Made by a program: the position numbers and the translations under genes
Part shown: positions 21,224 through 32,428 of the stretch, in pieces
Layout: each line of letters begins with the position of its first letter
How positions within the stretch are numbered: position 1 is the first letter of the stretch
From: Escherichia coli
Lineage (GTDB): Bacteria > Pseudomonadota > Gammaproteobacteria > Enterobacterales > Enterobacteriaceae
Direction: 5' to 3' (one strand)
Length of the DNA stretch: 64,000 nt
Assembly (NCBI RefSeq): GCF_041886205.1
Contig: NZ_CP169029.1
The notes under the pieces: generated by a model
The model's input: the letters and a program-made list of their open reading frames with translations, nothing else
What the model was told of the DNA's origin: nothing
Databases searched by the model: none

Positions 21224-24200
21224 TTAAGCCCCTTTCAACATATCAAACACCACGCGGGCAAAGCCCTTCGCCAGTTCAGGATTAGAGAGGTATTGCACCA
21301 TCATCTCCTGCTGGGCGTCGTTGCTGTCCATCACGGCATCATCAATGGCTTTCGGGAAATCGCCCAGCATCGCCTGCTCACGCGTATTGTTCGCAATCTG
21401 GGTCATCACCGCCTGGTTTTCTGACAGCTTGTCGCGCACCGCGAAGGCATAATTGATCATGTCTTTATCGGTCAGATTATCGGTGACGAACAGCTCGTTC
21501 AGGCGCGCCAGGATATTCGACAGAAACTCTTCTTTCTTGTCTTTCGGCTTCGCCGTACCGACATCATTCCCCGGTGTGATTTTGTATTCTGCCGCATCTT
21601 CCTGCAGCTTCAGATGCTGTTCGTGGAGTTTCGACAGGCGATAATGGCTCATCTCCACGTTGCTTAAATCAATCTCATCTTCTTCGATACGCTGTTCATG
21701 CAGTAACGGGCGCAGGTGGCGGGCAAATAGGCTCAGTTTTTCCAGGTTCTTGTCGTCGTAATCGACGATTTGCGACATAAACTCGTAAAAGCGGACAAAG
21801 CTGCCGAGGTCTTTCTTGAAGATATCCAGCTTACTTTTTTCTTTCTCGCACTCTTTGAAGCTGTTTTCCGCATTGGTGATCAGCACAACATCGCCGGTCT
21901 TCTTAGTACGTTCGAAGATCGCTTTGGCCTTTACATACTCGTCAATCGCCGAGGTGTAACGCTGTTTCCAGCGCTGCACCGCTGGTTTGCAGATATTACT
22001 AATGGCCGCGTTGGATTTGTTTTTGCTGAAGAACGCTTCGCAGAACTGCTCCACTTCGTTCCACAGGAAAATACCGCTGGTACGCAGCTTTTCAAAGAGC
22101 TCAAAGACCTGTTGCGGGTCGCTGACATCCGTCAGTTCTGCTGTCTGGTAGTACGGCTGGAAAGCCCCCAAAATCTCGTCGGGCTCGTTGTAGAAATCGA
22201 GCACAAAGGTGCCTGACTGCGCCTTCCCCGGATAGGTACGGTTCAGGCGTGACAGCGTCTGTACACACTCCACGCCGCCAAGCTTTTTATCCACATACAT
22301 GGCACACAGCTTGGGTTGGTCAAAACCGGTCTGGAATTTGTTGGCCACCAGCATCACCTGGTAGTCGTCGGTATCAAACGCTTTGCGCATATCCCGGCCT
22401 TTCAGGCCTGGGTTCATATTGATTTCGGTGAACTTCTGGTTAAGCAATGCAAGGCTATTGTGGTCATCTTCATGGAACTCAACTTCACCGGAGAACGCCA
22501 CCATTGCGCTGATCTTGTCGTATTTTTGCTCGGCGATGTATTTATCGAATGCCAGCTTATAGCGCACCGCTGCTTTACGCGAACTGGTCACCACCATCGC
22601 TTTCGCCTGACCAGCCAGTAAGTGCATCACATGCTTGCGGAAGTGCTCAACAATCACCTTCACTTTCTGCGACACGTTATGATCGTGCAGCGATACCCAC
22701 TGGTTGAGTTTGATCTTGGCTTTCTTGCTGTCTACTTCCCGGTCAGGATCGTCCAGCTTTTGCAGCAGCTTGTACGCCACCTTGTAGTTGGTGTAGTTCT
22801 TCAGCACATCAAGTATGAAGCCTTCTTCGATGGCCTGACGCATTGAGTAAACGTGAAACGCTTCCGGTTTGTTCGTTTTCGACGCCGGTTCCTGCGGATT
22901 AGGACGACGGCCAAACAGCTCCAGCGTTTTGGCTTTCGGCGTGGCGGTAAAGGCGTAATAGTTGAGATTGTTGCTGCCTTTACGTGCGGCGACGGTGGCA
23001 TCCAGAATATCTTCTGAAGACATCTCCACATCGTCATCCGCTTCTTCGGTCATAAGCACTTCTTTCAGCTGACGCGCCGTAGAACCACTCTGCGAGGAGT
23101 GCGCTTCATCGGCAATCACCGCGTATTTGCGCTGCTTGAGGCTGACGCTGTTTTCAATCGCCTTCAGGACAAACGGGAACGTCTGGATAGTGACGATAAT
23201 GATCGGCTGCGAGTTTTCCAGCGCGCTGGCCAGCTTCTCCGATTTAGAACCGTCGCCTTCTTTGTTATTGATCCGCCCGACCACGCCATCCTGATGCTCA
23301 AACTGATAGATGGTGTCCTGCAGCTGATCGTCAAGCACGGTGCGGTCCGTCACCACAATCACCGAATGGAACTGCTTCTCGCCATTTTCATCATACAGGC
23401 GGGAAAGCTGATGGGCCGTCCAGGCGATAGAGTTAGATTTGCCCGACCCGGCACTGTGCTGAATCAGGTATTTATTGCCGGTGCCTTCCACTGTGGCGGC
23501 GGTGATCAGTTTATTCACCACATCCCACTGGTGATAGCGTGGGAAAATCAGGCTCTCACTTTTGTACTTCAGGCCAATGGCATCTTCTTTTTCTACGATT
23601 TGCAGATGCACGAAGCTCGCGAGAATTTTCAGCAGATTGTCCGGCAGTAGCACCTCATTCCACAGGTAGCTGGTGGCGTAGTCGTTGGCATCTTCCGGGA
23701 TATCGTTCCCCGCACCGCCGTCATGGGTGCCTTTGTTAAACGGCAGGAAGAAGGTTTTATCGCCCTCGAGTTTGGTCGCCATAAACACTTCGTACTGGCT
23801 GACGGCAAAGTGCACCAGCGCGCCGCGTTTAAAGGTCAGCAGCGGCTCGGGTTTATTAGTGCCTGGGTCCTTTGGCAAACGCGTTTTCTTATATTGCGTA
23901 ATGGCGTTTTGCACCGTCTGCTTAAATTCAGACTTCAGTTCCAGGGTCGCTATCGGCAGGCCATTAACGAACAATACCAGGTCGATACGCCATTTCTTCG
24001 CTTTTATACCGGTATCTTCAAATGCGGCGTTCGATGCATGCGGGCTGTAAACCAGCTCCGGCACGATGCGGCAGATATTCTGTTTATAACGAGCCAGTGT
24101 TTCCGGATTGAGGTTATGTTCCGGCTTAAACTGGCACAGAGAAAAACGCGCGTTATGGCTTTTGATACCATGTCGCAGCACGCCTAAAGTGCCATAGGTG

Positions 24201-24472
24201 CGCGAAAGCATATCAGTAGCGTTGATGTCCGCTTTTTTCAGCTGCGCCACCAGCGCATCGAGGAAATGACGTTCGGTATCGGTAGGGTAAATTTTGGCAA
24301 ACTTCTCCCACTCCTGCGGCTGTGTGGTCTGCACAAAGGTCAGCACATCCTGGGAATACAGCGCACGTTCGCGATCATAGCCGTCAGTTTTGCCACAAAT
24401 CCAGCCTTTTGCTTTCATCTGAGCAATCATTTCGTTCTGGAAGATAAGCTCTTTGGTGCTGTCCATGCTCAT
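21224..24472 (-). CDS. hsdR: Type I restriction enzyme R subunit (HsdR)
   Basis: 1082 aa; N-terminal PD-(D/E)xK (IDLVLFVNGLPIATLELKSE), helicase motif I HSAGSGKSNS, DEAH box VIADEAHSSQ. Confidence 0.88.
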   Translation of the reverse strand: MSMDSTKELIFQNEMIAQMKAKGWICGKTDGYDRERALYSQDVLTFVQTTQPQEWEKFAKIYPTDTERHFLDALVAQLKKADINATDMLSRTYGTLGVLRHGIKSHNARFSLCQFKPEHNLNPETLARYKQNICRIVPELVYSPHASNAAFEDTGIKAKKWRIDLVLFVNGLPIATLELKSEFKQTVQNAITQYKKTRLPKDPGTNKPEPLLTFKRGALVHFAVSQYEVFMATKLEGDKTFFLPFNKGTHDGGAGNDIPEDANDYATSYLWNEVLLPDNLLKILASFVHLQIVEKEDAIGLKYKSESLIFPRYHQWDVVNKLITAATVEGTGNKYLIQHSAGSGKSNSIAWTAHQLSRLYDENGEKQFHSVIVVTDRTVLDDQLQDTIYQFEHQDGVVGRINNKEGDGSKSEKLASALENSQPIIIVTIQTFPFVLKAIENSVSLKQRKYAVIADEAHSSQSGSTARQLKEVLMTEEADDDVEMSSEDILDATVAARKGSNNLNYYAFTATPKAKTLELFGRRPNPQEPASKTNKPEAFHVYSMRQAIEEGFILDVLKNYTNYKVAYKLLQKLDDPDREVDSKKAKIKLNQWVSLHDHNVSQKVKVIVEHFRKHVMHLLAGQAKAMVVTSSRKAAVRYKLAFDKYIAEQKYDKISAMVAFSGEVEFHEDDHNSLALLNQKFTEINMNPGLKGRDMRKAFDTDDYQVMLVANKFQTGFDQPKLCAMYVDKKLGGVECVQTLSRLNRTYPGKAQSGTFVLDFYNEPDEILGAFQPYYQTAELTDVSDPQQVFELFEKLRTSGIFLWNEVEQFCEAFFSKNKSNAAISNICKPAVQRWKQRYTSAIDEYVKAKAIFERTKKTGDVVLITNAENSFKECEKEKSKLDIFKKDLGSFVRFYEFMSQIVDYDDKNLEKLSLFARHLRPLLHEQRIEEDEIDLSNVEMSHYRLSKLHEQHLKLQEDAAEYKITPGNDVGTAKPKDKKEEFLSNILARLNELFVTDNLTDKDMINYAFAVRDKLSENQAVMTQIANNTREQAMLGDFPKAIDDAVMDSNDAQQEMMVQYLSNPELAKGFARVVFDMLKGA

Positions 24473-25791
24473 GCGGTGGCCTCCTGTGGCTCCTCAGCGT
24501 CCTGCGTGTCAGGTGCTACCCAATCACGGACGTCGATTTTTCCGGTGACGGCAGCGGAGATCAGGGCGGTACGGCGTTCCTGGAGAATTTGAATAGTCTG
24601 CTCGACCATTTCTTGAGTTATTTGTATTTTGTCTATCTTTTCCAGTACTTTTTTTGCCAGATAAACCTGATCATCAAAAGGAATATCTCTCACGTAAAAA
24701 TTACTAATTTGCTCTGGACTAATATGCGGCACACTAACACCAGTCAAGTCTATTTCAGCATATTCTCTGAATTCATTGCTACTAAGACATAATTTAATAA
24801 ATGGTTGATATGATTTTATATTTGACCTTATCCTTGCAACTCGCTGCAATAAGAGGCAAGGTAAATCCTGCTCTTTAATTTCTGAAACCCTTGCTCCAGA
24901 ACTAATCCATGGTCTATCCATACCAAAAACAATATCGCCAGCCGCTAATAAATAATCACTGAGCCTATCGAGTGTTCTAACATCCCAATATACAACGTCA
25001 TCCCATTTTATGCTGTCAACACCGACATTAACCCCTCGTAAAAGAGGAATACTATTATCAGGTGAAAATTTAAATTTTGTACTTGAAAATGGATAGCCAG
25101 TTTGAATACTAACTAAGTTTTTTAGCTTAGTTTTCCTCTCATTACTACGTATACTGGCGACACTTGAGATCACGGCCTGACGCTTTTCTTTAAGTAGTTC
25201 AATTAGTTGCTGTTGCTTCTCGATCAGGTTATCGATTTTTGCAGTTTCGTGATCGAGGAAACTGTATATTTTTTCCTGCTCAGTCTTGTCTGGAAGCAGC
25301 AGCTCAATATTTCTAAATTCATCAGGATCCAGATCCCATTGATTGACTCGTATCCCCTTGGAGCGGCTCAGATATTGAGTAACGTAAATCGGGTTGCGAA
25401 GTAAATAATGCACATACCTTGGATGTGCCAGTTCAAAAAGGACATTGTTGGGTTTATAGACAAAATATGCCGGACTAACTATCCCTTCATACTCTGAAAT
25501 TGCGATTGAACCTTGCCAGGCTTTCATCTTATTCATAACCAAATCATTTGGCTCAACCAATTGATAGGGGGACAAATCCTCTGAAGGCTTATTATTGTTA
25601 TCATCTCTGCTTGATTTTGGTATAACACCATAGTCCCGATATACGGAAAGCAATTCTTTCTCTGTATATCCGGTCCGCTTGATCCTGGAAAACAATCTGG
25701 ATATGGATACGGTTTTCCAGTGATTCGGAATCTCCCCCAACCACTCAACCCCAGAATCCTTATACTCCGGATACATCTTATACTTCGCCAT
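24469..25791 (-). CDS. hsdS: Type I restriction-modification specificity subunit (HsdS)
   Basis: 440 aa with two target-recognition-domain-like halves separated by a coiled-coil-like spacer; overlaps hsdM stop and hsdR start. Confidence 0.8.
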   Translation of the reverse strand: MAKYKMYPEYKDSGVEWLGEIPNHWKTVSISRLFSRIKRTGYTEKELLSVYRDYGVIPKSSRDDNNNKPSEDLSPYQLVEPNDLVMNKMKAWQGSIAISEYEGIVSPAYFVYKPNNVLFELAHPRYVHYLLRNPIYVTQYLSRSKGIRVNQWDLDPDEFRNIELLLPDKTEQEKIYSFLDHETAKIDNLIEKQQQLIELLKEKRQAVISSVASIRSNERKTKLKNLVSIQTGYPFSSTKFKFSPDNSIPLLRGVNVGVDSIKWDDVVYWDVRTLDRLSDYLLAAGDIVFGMDRPWISSGARVSEIKEQDLPCLLLQRVARIRSNIKSYQPFIKLCLSSNEFREYAEIDLTGVSVPHISPEQISNFYVRDIPFDDQVYLAKKVLEKIDKIQITQEMVEQTIQILQERRTALISAAVTGKIDVRDWVAPDTQDAEEPQEATA

Positions 25792-28175
25792 CAGGAATGT
25801 ACCTCCCGCAGCAGCTTCATAATCTCGGTACTGACTGCATCCAGATCGGCATCAATCTCTTCCAGTGGGCGCGGCGGCTGATAGACGTAGAAATGGCGGT
25901 TAAACGGAATCTCATAACCGACAATTCCCACCTCACCATCTTTCGCATCACGCTTATCGGCGTTGATCCACGCATCATTTACATGCGGCAGCACTTCTGC
26001 TTTGAAGTAGTTTTCGATCAGGTCGCTGGTCGACATTGCCGGGTTCAGCGGCACGTTTTCGTTATCGCGCAGCTCGCCGTCCTGTTCGAACTCAACAACC
26101 TTGCCTTTGTACTCAAACGCACCGTACAGCGGCTGAGCGGCTTCTTTCAGCACCTTCTTCACCACCGGCTCGGCATCCGGGTTTTTCGTGGTAATGGCAT
26201 CGATAAACTGCTTGTTCTCTTTCGCATCCAGCTTCACGCCAGCCGTTTTGATGGCCCCTTTCAGGGTCAGTTGGAACTGATTGAAGTCATTGCTCACCCG
26301 CGTTTTGCCACCCGCCTGCGCACCCAATACCACCTGAATCTGCTGTGCTTTTTCCATGAACTCGCGCTGTGCCAGCCACAATTTGCTGTCGAGCAGGTCT
26401 TTAATCTGCTTCTCTTTCAGCTCTGCAAATTCGGCTTTGATGATGGCGCGCGCTTCGGCTTCCAGTTCGGAGAAATCACCATAGCTGTCCTCCCTCCACT
26501 GGGATGCGAACTCTTCATACAGGCGTTCCATTGGCGCGTTAAACGGCTTCGGCGCAAAGCGCAGAGTCGCAATCGCTTCATCAGTCACCTGTGCAGATAA
26601 CCGCAGCGGGCGCTCAATGGTCAGGCGGCGATAGCCAAAGTCGGTGCTGTTAAAGATTTTGCTGGCGAAGGTTTTCGGAGCTTCGGTTTTGGCCATGGCA
26701 GGCTGACGGCCACGGTTGGATTTTTGCTCGGCGGCTTTTTCCAGACCCAGTTCTTCCAGGGCTGTGACATCCACCACCTGAAAATCACCGAAGGTCTGCG
26801 TGATCAGTTTGATATCGTCTTCGCCCATCAGGTTGCGCTTGGAACCCAGCGATTTACGCATTTTGCCGCACAGGTTAGTGCCATCAATCAGCTGTACTTT
26901 TCCTTTACGCTCAGGCGCTTTCTTGTTGGAGAGGATCCAGACGTAGGTGGCAATACCGGTGTTGTAGAACATATCTGTTGGCAGCGCGACGATGCCTTCC
27001 AGCAAATCGGCTTCCAGAATGTAGCGACGGATTTCGCTCTCACCGCTGCCCGCACCACCAGTAAACAGTGGAGAGCCGTTAAGGATAATCCCGATACGTC
27101 CGCCGTTGCTCACGGTGCCATCCACATTGTGGTTGTCGCGCATTTTGCTGATCAGGTGCATCAGGAACAGCAGCGAGCCGTCGGAAACACGCGGCAGGCC
27201 CGGGCCAAAGCGACCGTTAAAGCCCTTTTGCGTATGTTCGTCGTTAATCTCGCCCTCAATCTTCTTCCAGTCCACGCCAAACGGTGGGTTAGACAGCATG
27301 TAGTCGAATTGATCCAGCGGTAACTGGTCGTTAGAGAGGGTGTTACCCAGCTTAATGCGGCTGACGTCCTGACCTTTGATCAGCATGTCGGCTTTACAGA
27401 TAGCGTAGGATTCCGGATTCAGCTCCTGACCAAAAGCGCGCATCACCGCGTTAGGGTTCAGCTCGTGCACATATTCCATGCCCGAAGAGAGGAAACCACC
27501 CGTCCCGGCCGTCGGGTCATAAATGGTGCGGATGATACCAGGCTGCGTCAGGGCTTCATCATCTTCCATAAACACCAGTGAAGTGGTCAGACGCACGATA
27601 TCGCGTGGGGTGAAGTGCTCACCGGCGGTCTCGTTAGATCTTTCCGCGAAACGACGGATAAGTTCTTCAAACACCAGGCCCATCTCATAGTTGGAAATCG
27701 CTTTCGGGCTGAGATCGGTGGTGGCGAATTTCTTCACTACTTTGAACAGCAAGTTGGCGTCTTCCAGCAGGCCGACGAACTCACTGAATTTAAAATGCTC
27801 GAAGATTTCACGCGCATCGGGCGAGAACGACTGGACGTAATTCTCCAGGTTGGCTTTGATGTCGTTCTGCCCCATCTTGCCAAGATCCATCTTCGAGGTG
27901 TTGAAGAAGGAAAGCTCGCTGGCGCGCAGCAGAAACTTCTCTTTGGCATCTTCCGGCAGCGTGCTGGTTTTTAATTCATCATATTTCGCCACCACCGCAT
28001 CTTTGGTCTCCGCCAACACACACTCAAGACGGCGCAGCAGCGTAAAGGGCAGGATCACGCGCCCGTACTGAGACTGTTTGAAATCACCGCGCAGTAGATC
28101 GGCCACCGACCATATAAACGCAGCCGTTTGAGAAAAGTTAGTGTTAGTCATAAGCGACACCCAAAAAAATGGCAT
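25791..28175 (-). CDS. hsdM: Type I restriction-modification methyltransferase subunit (HsdM), long form; alternative start at 28151
   Basis: N-terminal HsdM_N-like region ([37 protein letters not shown]), NPPF catalytic motif, about 250-aa C-terminal extension. Confidence 0.82.
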   Translation of the reverse strand: MPFFWVSLMTNTNFSQTAAFIWSVADLLRGDFKQSQYGRVILPFTLLRRLECVLAETKDAVVAKYDELKTSTLPEDAKEKFLLRASELSFFNTSKMDLGKMGQNDIKANLENYVQSFSPDAREIFEHFKFSEFVGLLEDANLLFKVVKKFATTDLSPKAISNYEMGLVFEELIRRFAERSNETAGEHFTPRDIVRLTTSLVFMEDDEALTQPGIIRTIYDPTAGTGGFLSSGMEYVHELNPNAVMRAFGQELNPESYAICKADMLIKGQDVSRIKLGNTLSNDQLPLDQFDYMLSNPPFGVDWKKIEGEINDEHTQKGFNGRFGPGLPRVSDGSLLFLMHLISKMRDNHNVDGTVSNGGRIGIILNGSPLFTGGAGSGESEIRRYILEADLLEGIVALPTDMFYNTGIATYVWILSNKKAPERKGKVQLIDGTNLCGKMRKSLGSKRNLMGEDDIKLITQTFGDFQVVDVTALEELGLEKAAEQKSNRGRQPAMAKTEAPKTFASKIFNSTDFGYRRLTIERPLRLSAQVTDEAIATLRFAPKPFNAPMERLYEEFASQWREDSYGDFSELEAEARAIIKAEFAELKEKQIKDLLDSKLWLAQREFMEKAQQIQVVLGAQAGGKTRVSNDFNQFQLTLKGAIKTAGVKLDAKENKQFIDAITTKNPDAEPVVKKVLKEAAQPLYGAFEYKGKVVEFEQDGELRDNENVPLNPAMSTSDLIENYFKAEVLPHVNDAWINADKRDAKDGEVGIVGYEIPFNRHFYVYQPPRPLEEIDADLDAVSTEIMKLLREVHS

Positions 28176-28358
28176 AAAAAAGTGGCAAGATTATACCCCA
28201 TCAGGCATAAGATGCTTTGACTTATAACGCATCAGTTTGAAACACAATGGTGATGGGGGTCACAGGGGCTGACATGTACTTTTAAGATTAAAAAGCATTA
28301 ACATCTACTTTTGAAGAAAACAGAAAAAAACAATCACAAACCTTTAAAAACAAAAACT

Positions 28359-31300
28359 ATGCCAATTATTAATAAAAAGTATCAAGAGCTTCAGTTAACA
28401 GATGAGTACATTACCGATCCACTGCTCATGGCCCTAGCCTGGAAGAAAAGCCATCACTACATACGTACCACAAATTGGTATGCTGACAACTTTGAACTAG
28501 ACCTGTCGGCTTTGGACCTAATGCAGCACTGTAAAGATTGGGTCAAGAGAATGCAGGACAAAAAAGAATTTAAATTTTCAGAGCTACAACTTGTTCCTGT
28601 ACCAAAAGCCTGTAAATGGGAGTTTAAGACTGTCGAAAATAAGGTTCTATGGCAACCTTGTGATGAAAAAGAACTTACCCTACGCCCCCTTGCCCATATA
28701 CCCATAGCTGAACAAACCATCATGACATTAGTCATGATGTGCCTAGCCAATACAATAGAAACCAAGCAAGGAAACCCAGACACCAGCTATGACATCGTCC
28801 ACCAGAAAGGTATCGTCAATTACGGAAATAGACTTTATTGTCAGTATATTGACGATAAAGCAGAGCACAGCTTCGGTGCAACAGTGACATATAGTAAATA
28901 CTTCACTGATTATCGGAAATTTTTAAATAGGCCTTATCATTTTGCGTCAAAAGCGCAAGGTGAAATTTCGCCGGACGAAGCCGTTTACATCATAGAACTA
29001 GATCTTGCGAAGTTTTTCGATTTAGTAAACAGGAAGACTCTAATTCAAAAGATAAAAAACCATATCAGTGAGTCAATAAACAATAAAGAAAACCCACTCG
29101 CCAATCATTTATTTAAATGTTTTGCAAACTGGGACTGGACTGCATCTAGCATAAAAAATTATGACATATGCAAGTCAGACGAAGTAACAGAAATACCAAA
29201 AGGCATCCCTCAAGGATTGGTTGCAGCAGGGTTTCTATCAAATATTTACTTACTTGAATTAGATCAATTCTTGCATAATAAAATTAACACAGACATAACT
29301 GATGACATTAAATTTGTTGATTACTGTCGATATGTCGATGACATGCGATTTGTGGTTAAGGTTAAAAAATCAAAAAATAATAATACCGCATTCATAAATG
29401 ATGTAATAACCAATCTTCTTAAAAATGAGATAGATAATCTTGGACTGATAATTAATCCTAAAAAAACAAAAGTAGAAATTTTTAGAGGCAAATCCGCAGG
29501 CATCTCGCGTAGCTTGGAAAACATCCAGACCAGATTAAGCGGCCCAATATCAATGGATAGCGCCAACGAACAACTTGGGCATCTTGAGTCATTATTAAGT
29601 CTGACAAAAACCGATTTTGAACCACCGAAAAATGGTAAATCAAATAGATTAGCTGAGATTGAAAAAGACCGTTTCGATGTCAGGGAGGACACTCTTAAGC
29701 GCTTTTCTGCCAATAAAATCAGTAAGATACTAAAAGAGTTAAGACATTTCATCTCGCAGGATATAGATACTGATGGGGAGGTTATTGCCGGGGAATGGGA
29801 TTATCTGCAAGAACGTTTGGCACGGCGTTTTATTGTCTGTTGGAGCCATGACCCGTCACTGGCACTGCTACTCAAGAAAGGGCTGGAACTTTTCCCTGAT
29901 CCTAAGCTATTAGACCCTATACTTGAACAGCTTTGCTCACTCATTGAAAGCGATAATGAAAAACAAAGTGCAGTAGCTACTTATTGCCTTGCTGAAATAT
30001 TTCGACATTCAGCAATGACTATTCATAAAAAAGACACCTATGCATTCCCTGCACAAGCCAATGTGGATGGGTACTTTGAAAAAATACAACATTGCGCCGC
30101 GACATTCATTAATAAGCGCAGCGCCTCTGACAACGAAACTTGGAACCTGTTAATTAATCAGGCTAGTTTTCTGTTGCTTGTGCGTTTAGATAATACATTA
30201 GAAAAAAATGGCACTGATGCCAGGCATGATCTTATCTTAAAACTGGCATCAGGCTTTAGAACAATTACACTTCCCACTAAAATGGATAGCAAGACTATAG
30301 CCTCATGTATTTTGTTGGCTAGTCAATTAGTTAAAGATAACAAACCATTTATTCGCTCCTGCGCTTCTTTGTGCGAAAGAATTTATGACAAAGAACACGT
30401 CATAAAATTGAAGAAAATAGTTAGCATAATATCACATCAAAACTTATCATTGTTTAAATCCTTAGTTTATCATTCACGACCTTTACAACAGAAGTGGCTA
30501 AACTCAGACTCCGTGAAAATAATAATTAATGAATGCCATATAGATATACAACCTTTGGCGACTTCTTTAGGCATGATAAAAAGTAGTCACTCATTACTTA
30601 GAATCATATCAAGACCTGATAACCCATTTGCCAATGAGATAATGGCATTAAAACTGATGCAAGCCCTTTTATTGGACAGGATTGTTTGCCTGGATAATAA
30701 AAAAGATTATCAAATAAGTGTAGCAAACACCAAAGTGACGTTTCATAACTACTCCAACCCTCCAACATCGAATGTCTTCGATGCAGGAATGGATATGGAT
30801 GCAAAATTATTCAAATCATCGGGATGGGTCGATTCTATTTTCACGGATGATGCAGACACTCAAATATTGTATAGAGTTGCCATGTGCATCCGTTCAGTAC
30901 TACTCGGCAAACAAGACTGGACAGATTTTGGTCAAGCAATTTCCCCCAAACAGGGTTATCGGGGTATTAAAACTAGTAGAGACAAACGTCAATTGGGGAT
31001 GATGACAACACCTGAGTCCATTGCCGGTGAGAACTCTCAGGTTTCTGGTTGGCTTACCACACTCTTATCCAAGTTGCTTGCCTGGCCGGGAATTTCAGTG
31101 GGTGATAATGGATATCAATGGCCAGCAATTTTTACAGTAGATGCTGTCAGAAAACTAGTTGATGCTCGGCTGAGTAAACTTAAGCAGGATTACTGCAAAC
31201 TATCAGGAACTCCGGGACTTACAGAAAAAATACAGTTCAACTGGTCTGACTCGAAAAAAGCCCTAACAGTTGCTATGGTCCAGTCAAAACTGCCTGCAAC

Positions 31301-32135
31301 GAAAGATTTTGTCAGCCATGGACTTCTTTTAAACTCCGCAAAGTATAGAGTGATTCATCGCAGACATGTTGCTGAAGTGGCTGATTTAGTTGTAAAACAC
31401 ACGCTTGCACAAAAAACAACTCAACGAACTCATGGTGAAAAAATAGAGAACATTGATTTAATAGTATGGCCTGAGCTCGCTGTACATAGTGACGATTTGG
31501 ATGTACTCATCGCCTTATCTAGAAAAACGAATGCAATCATATACTCGGGCCTGACATTTATTGAGCAACCTGGAATCAAAGGACCAAATAATTGTGCCGT
31601 TTGGATTGTCCCACCTAAAAGCAATAGCAGCCAGAAAGAAATGATAAGACTTCAAGGCAAGCATAATATGATGGAAGATGAGAAAGGCCGGGTTGAACCC
31701 TGGAGACCATACCAATTGATGCTTGAACTTGTTCACCCCCAATTTACTGATAAAAAAGGATTTGTTCTCACAGGCTCCATTTGTTATGACGCAACCGACA
31801 TCGCGCTAAGTGCAGATCTCAGGGATAAATCAAATGCTTATCTTGTAGCAGCATTAAACAGGGATGTTAATACATTCGATTCCATGGTTGAAGCACTGCA
31901 TTATCATATGTACCAGCATGTTGTGCTCGTTAACTCAGGGGAATTCGGAGGATCTTACGCTAAAGCACCTTACAAGGAGCCGTTTAATCGTTTGATTGCT
32001 CATGTTCATGGCAATGATCAGGTAGCTATAAGTACGTTTGAAATGAACATGTTTGATTTCCGTCGTGATAATATAGGAAAAAGTATGCAATCCGGGTTAG
32101 ATAAAAAAACTGCTCCTGCAGGAATCATAATGTAA
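28359..32135 (+). CDS. Reverse transcriptase-nitrilase fusion, defence-associated RT type 1 (UG1)-like
   Basis: RT motifs GIPQGLVAAGFLSNIYLLELD and YCRYVDDMRFVV (YVDD); C-terminal carbon-nitrogen hydrolase motifs IVWPELAV and LTGSICYDATD; start trimmed from the TTG-initiated ORF 28311 to ATG at 28359. Confidence 0.75.
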   Translation: MPIINKKYQELQLTDEYITDPLLMALAWKKSHHYIRTTNWYADNFELDLSALDLMQHCKDWVKRMQDKKEFKFSELQLVPVPKACKWEFKTVENKVLWQPCDEKELTLRPLAHIPIAEQTIMTLVMMCLANTIETKQGNPDTSYDIVHQKGIVNYGNRLYCQYIDDKAEHSFGATVTYSKYFTDYRKFLNRPYHFASKAQGEISPDEAVYIIELDLAKFFDLVNRKTLIQKIKNHISESINNKENPLANHLFKCFANWDWTASSIKNYDICKSDEVTEIPKGIPQGLVAAGFLSNIYLLELDQFLHNKINTDITDDIKFVDYCRYVDDMRFVVKVKKSKNNNTAFINDVITNLLKNEIDNLGLIINPKKTKVEIFRGKSAGISRSLENIQTRLSGPISMDSANEQLGHLESLLSLTKTDFEPPKNGKSNRLAEIEKDRFDVREDTLKRFSANKISKILKELRHFISQDIDTDGEVIAGEWDYLQERLARRFIVCWSHDPSLALLLKKGLELFPDPKLLDPILEQLCSLIESDNEKQSAVATYCLAEIFRHSAMTIHKKDTYAFPAQANVDGYFEKIQHCAATFINKRSASDNETWNLLINQASFLLLVRLDNTLEKNGTDARHDLILKLASGFRTITLPTKMDSKTIASCILLASQLVKDNKPFIRSCASLCERIYDKEHVIKLKKIVSIISHQNLSLFKSLVYHSRPLQQKWLNSDSVKIIINECHIDIQPLATSLGMIKSSHSLLRIISRPDNPFANEIMALKLMQALLLDRIVCLDNKKDYQISVANTKVTFHNYSNPPTSNVFDAGMDMDAKLFKSSGWVDSIFTDDADTQILYRVAMCIRSVLLGKQDWTDFGQAISPKQGYRGIKTSRDKRQLGMMTTPESIAGENSQVSGWLTTLLSKLLAWPGISVGDNGYQWPAIFTVDAVRKLVDARLSKLKQDYCKLSGTPGLTEKIQFNWSDSKKALTVAMVQSKLPATKDFVSHGLLLNSAKYRVIHRRHVAEVADLVVKHTLAQKTTQRTHGEKIENIDLIVWPELAVHSDDLDVLIALSRKTNAIIYSGLTFIEQPGIKGPNNCAVWIVPPKSNSSQKEMIRLQGKHNMMEDEKGRVEPWRPYQLMLELVHPQFTDKKGFVLTGSICYDATDIALSADLRDKSNAYLVAALNRDVNTFDSMVEALHYHMYQHVVLVNSGEFGGSYAKAPYKEPFNRLIAHVHGNDQVAISTFEMNMFDFRRDNIGKSMQSGLDKKTAPAGIIM

Positions 32136-32155
32136 TAAATATTAGATATTTTTAT

Positions 32156-32194
32156 ATTAGAGGTGAGGAGATGGCGTCACCTCTAATATTTTCG
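32156..32194 (+). terminator. Intrinsic terminator after the RT-nitrilase gene
   Basis: Perfect 10-bp inverted repeat ttagaggtga/tcacctctaa followed by tatttt. Confidence 0.6.
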
Positions 32195-32428
32195 CTGATT
32201 GTATTTAGCATCAAATAATAAAGGTACAATTAATTTAAGTGACTATCATGAAAAAATTAGTTCCGCCATATCAAGTAACCCCGGCACAAATCTATCGTTC
32301 CGTTGCCAGTTCTACAGCCATTGAAACCGGAAAACCCGTGCAAGAAATTGAGCGACAGCTCAAACGTAACCGAACGCTGGCGAAGAACGTCGGCCTCGCC
32401 AGCAAATCCAGAGATCCGATTTAAGCCT

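Noticed and set aside
25797-26600. 267-aa plus-strand ORF inside hsdM
   Set aside because: Antisense shadow ORF within a well-supported minus-strand gene; Leu/Arg/Phe-rich translation typical of reverse-frame artefacts.
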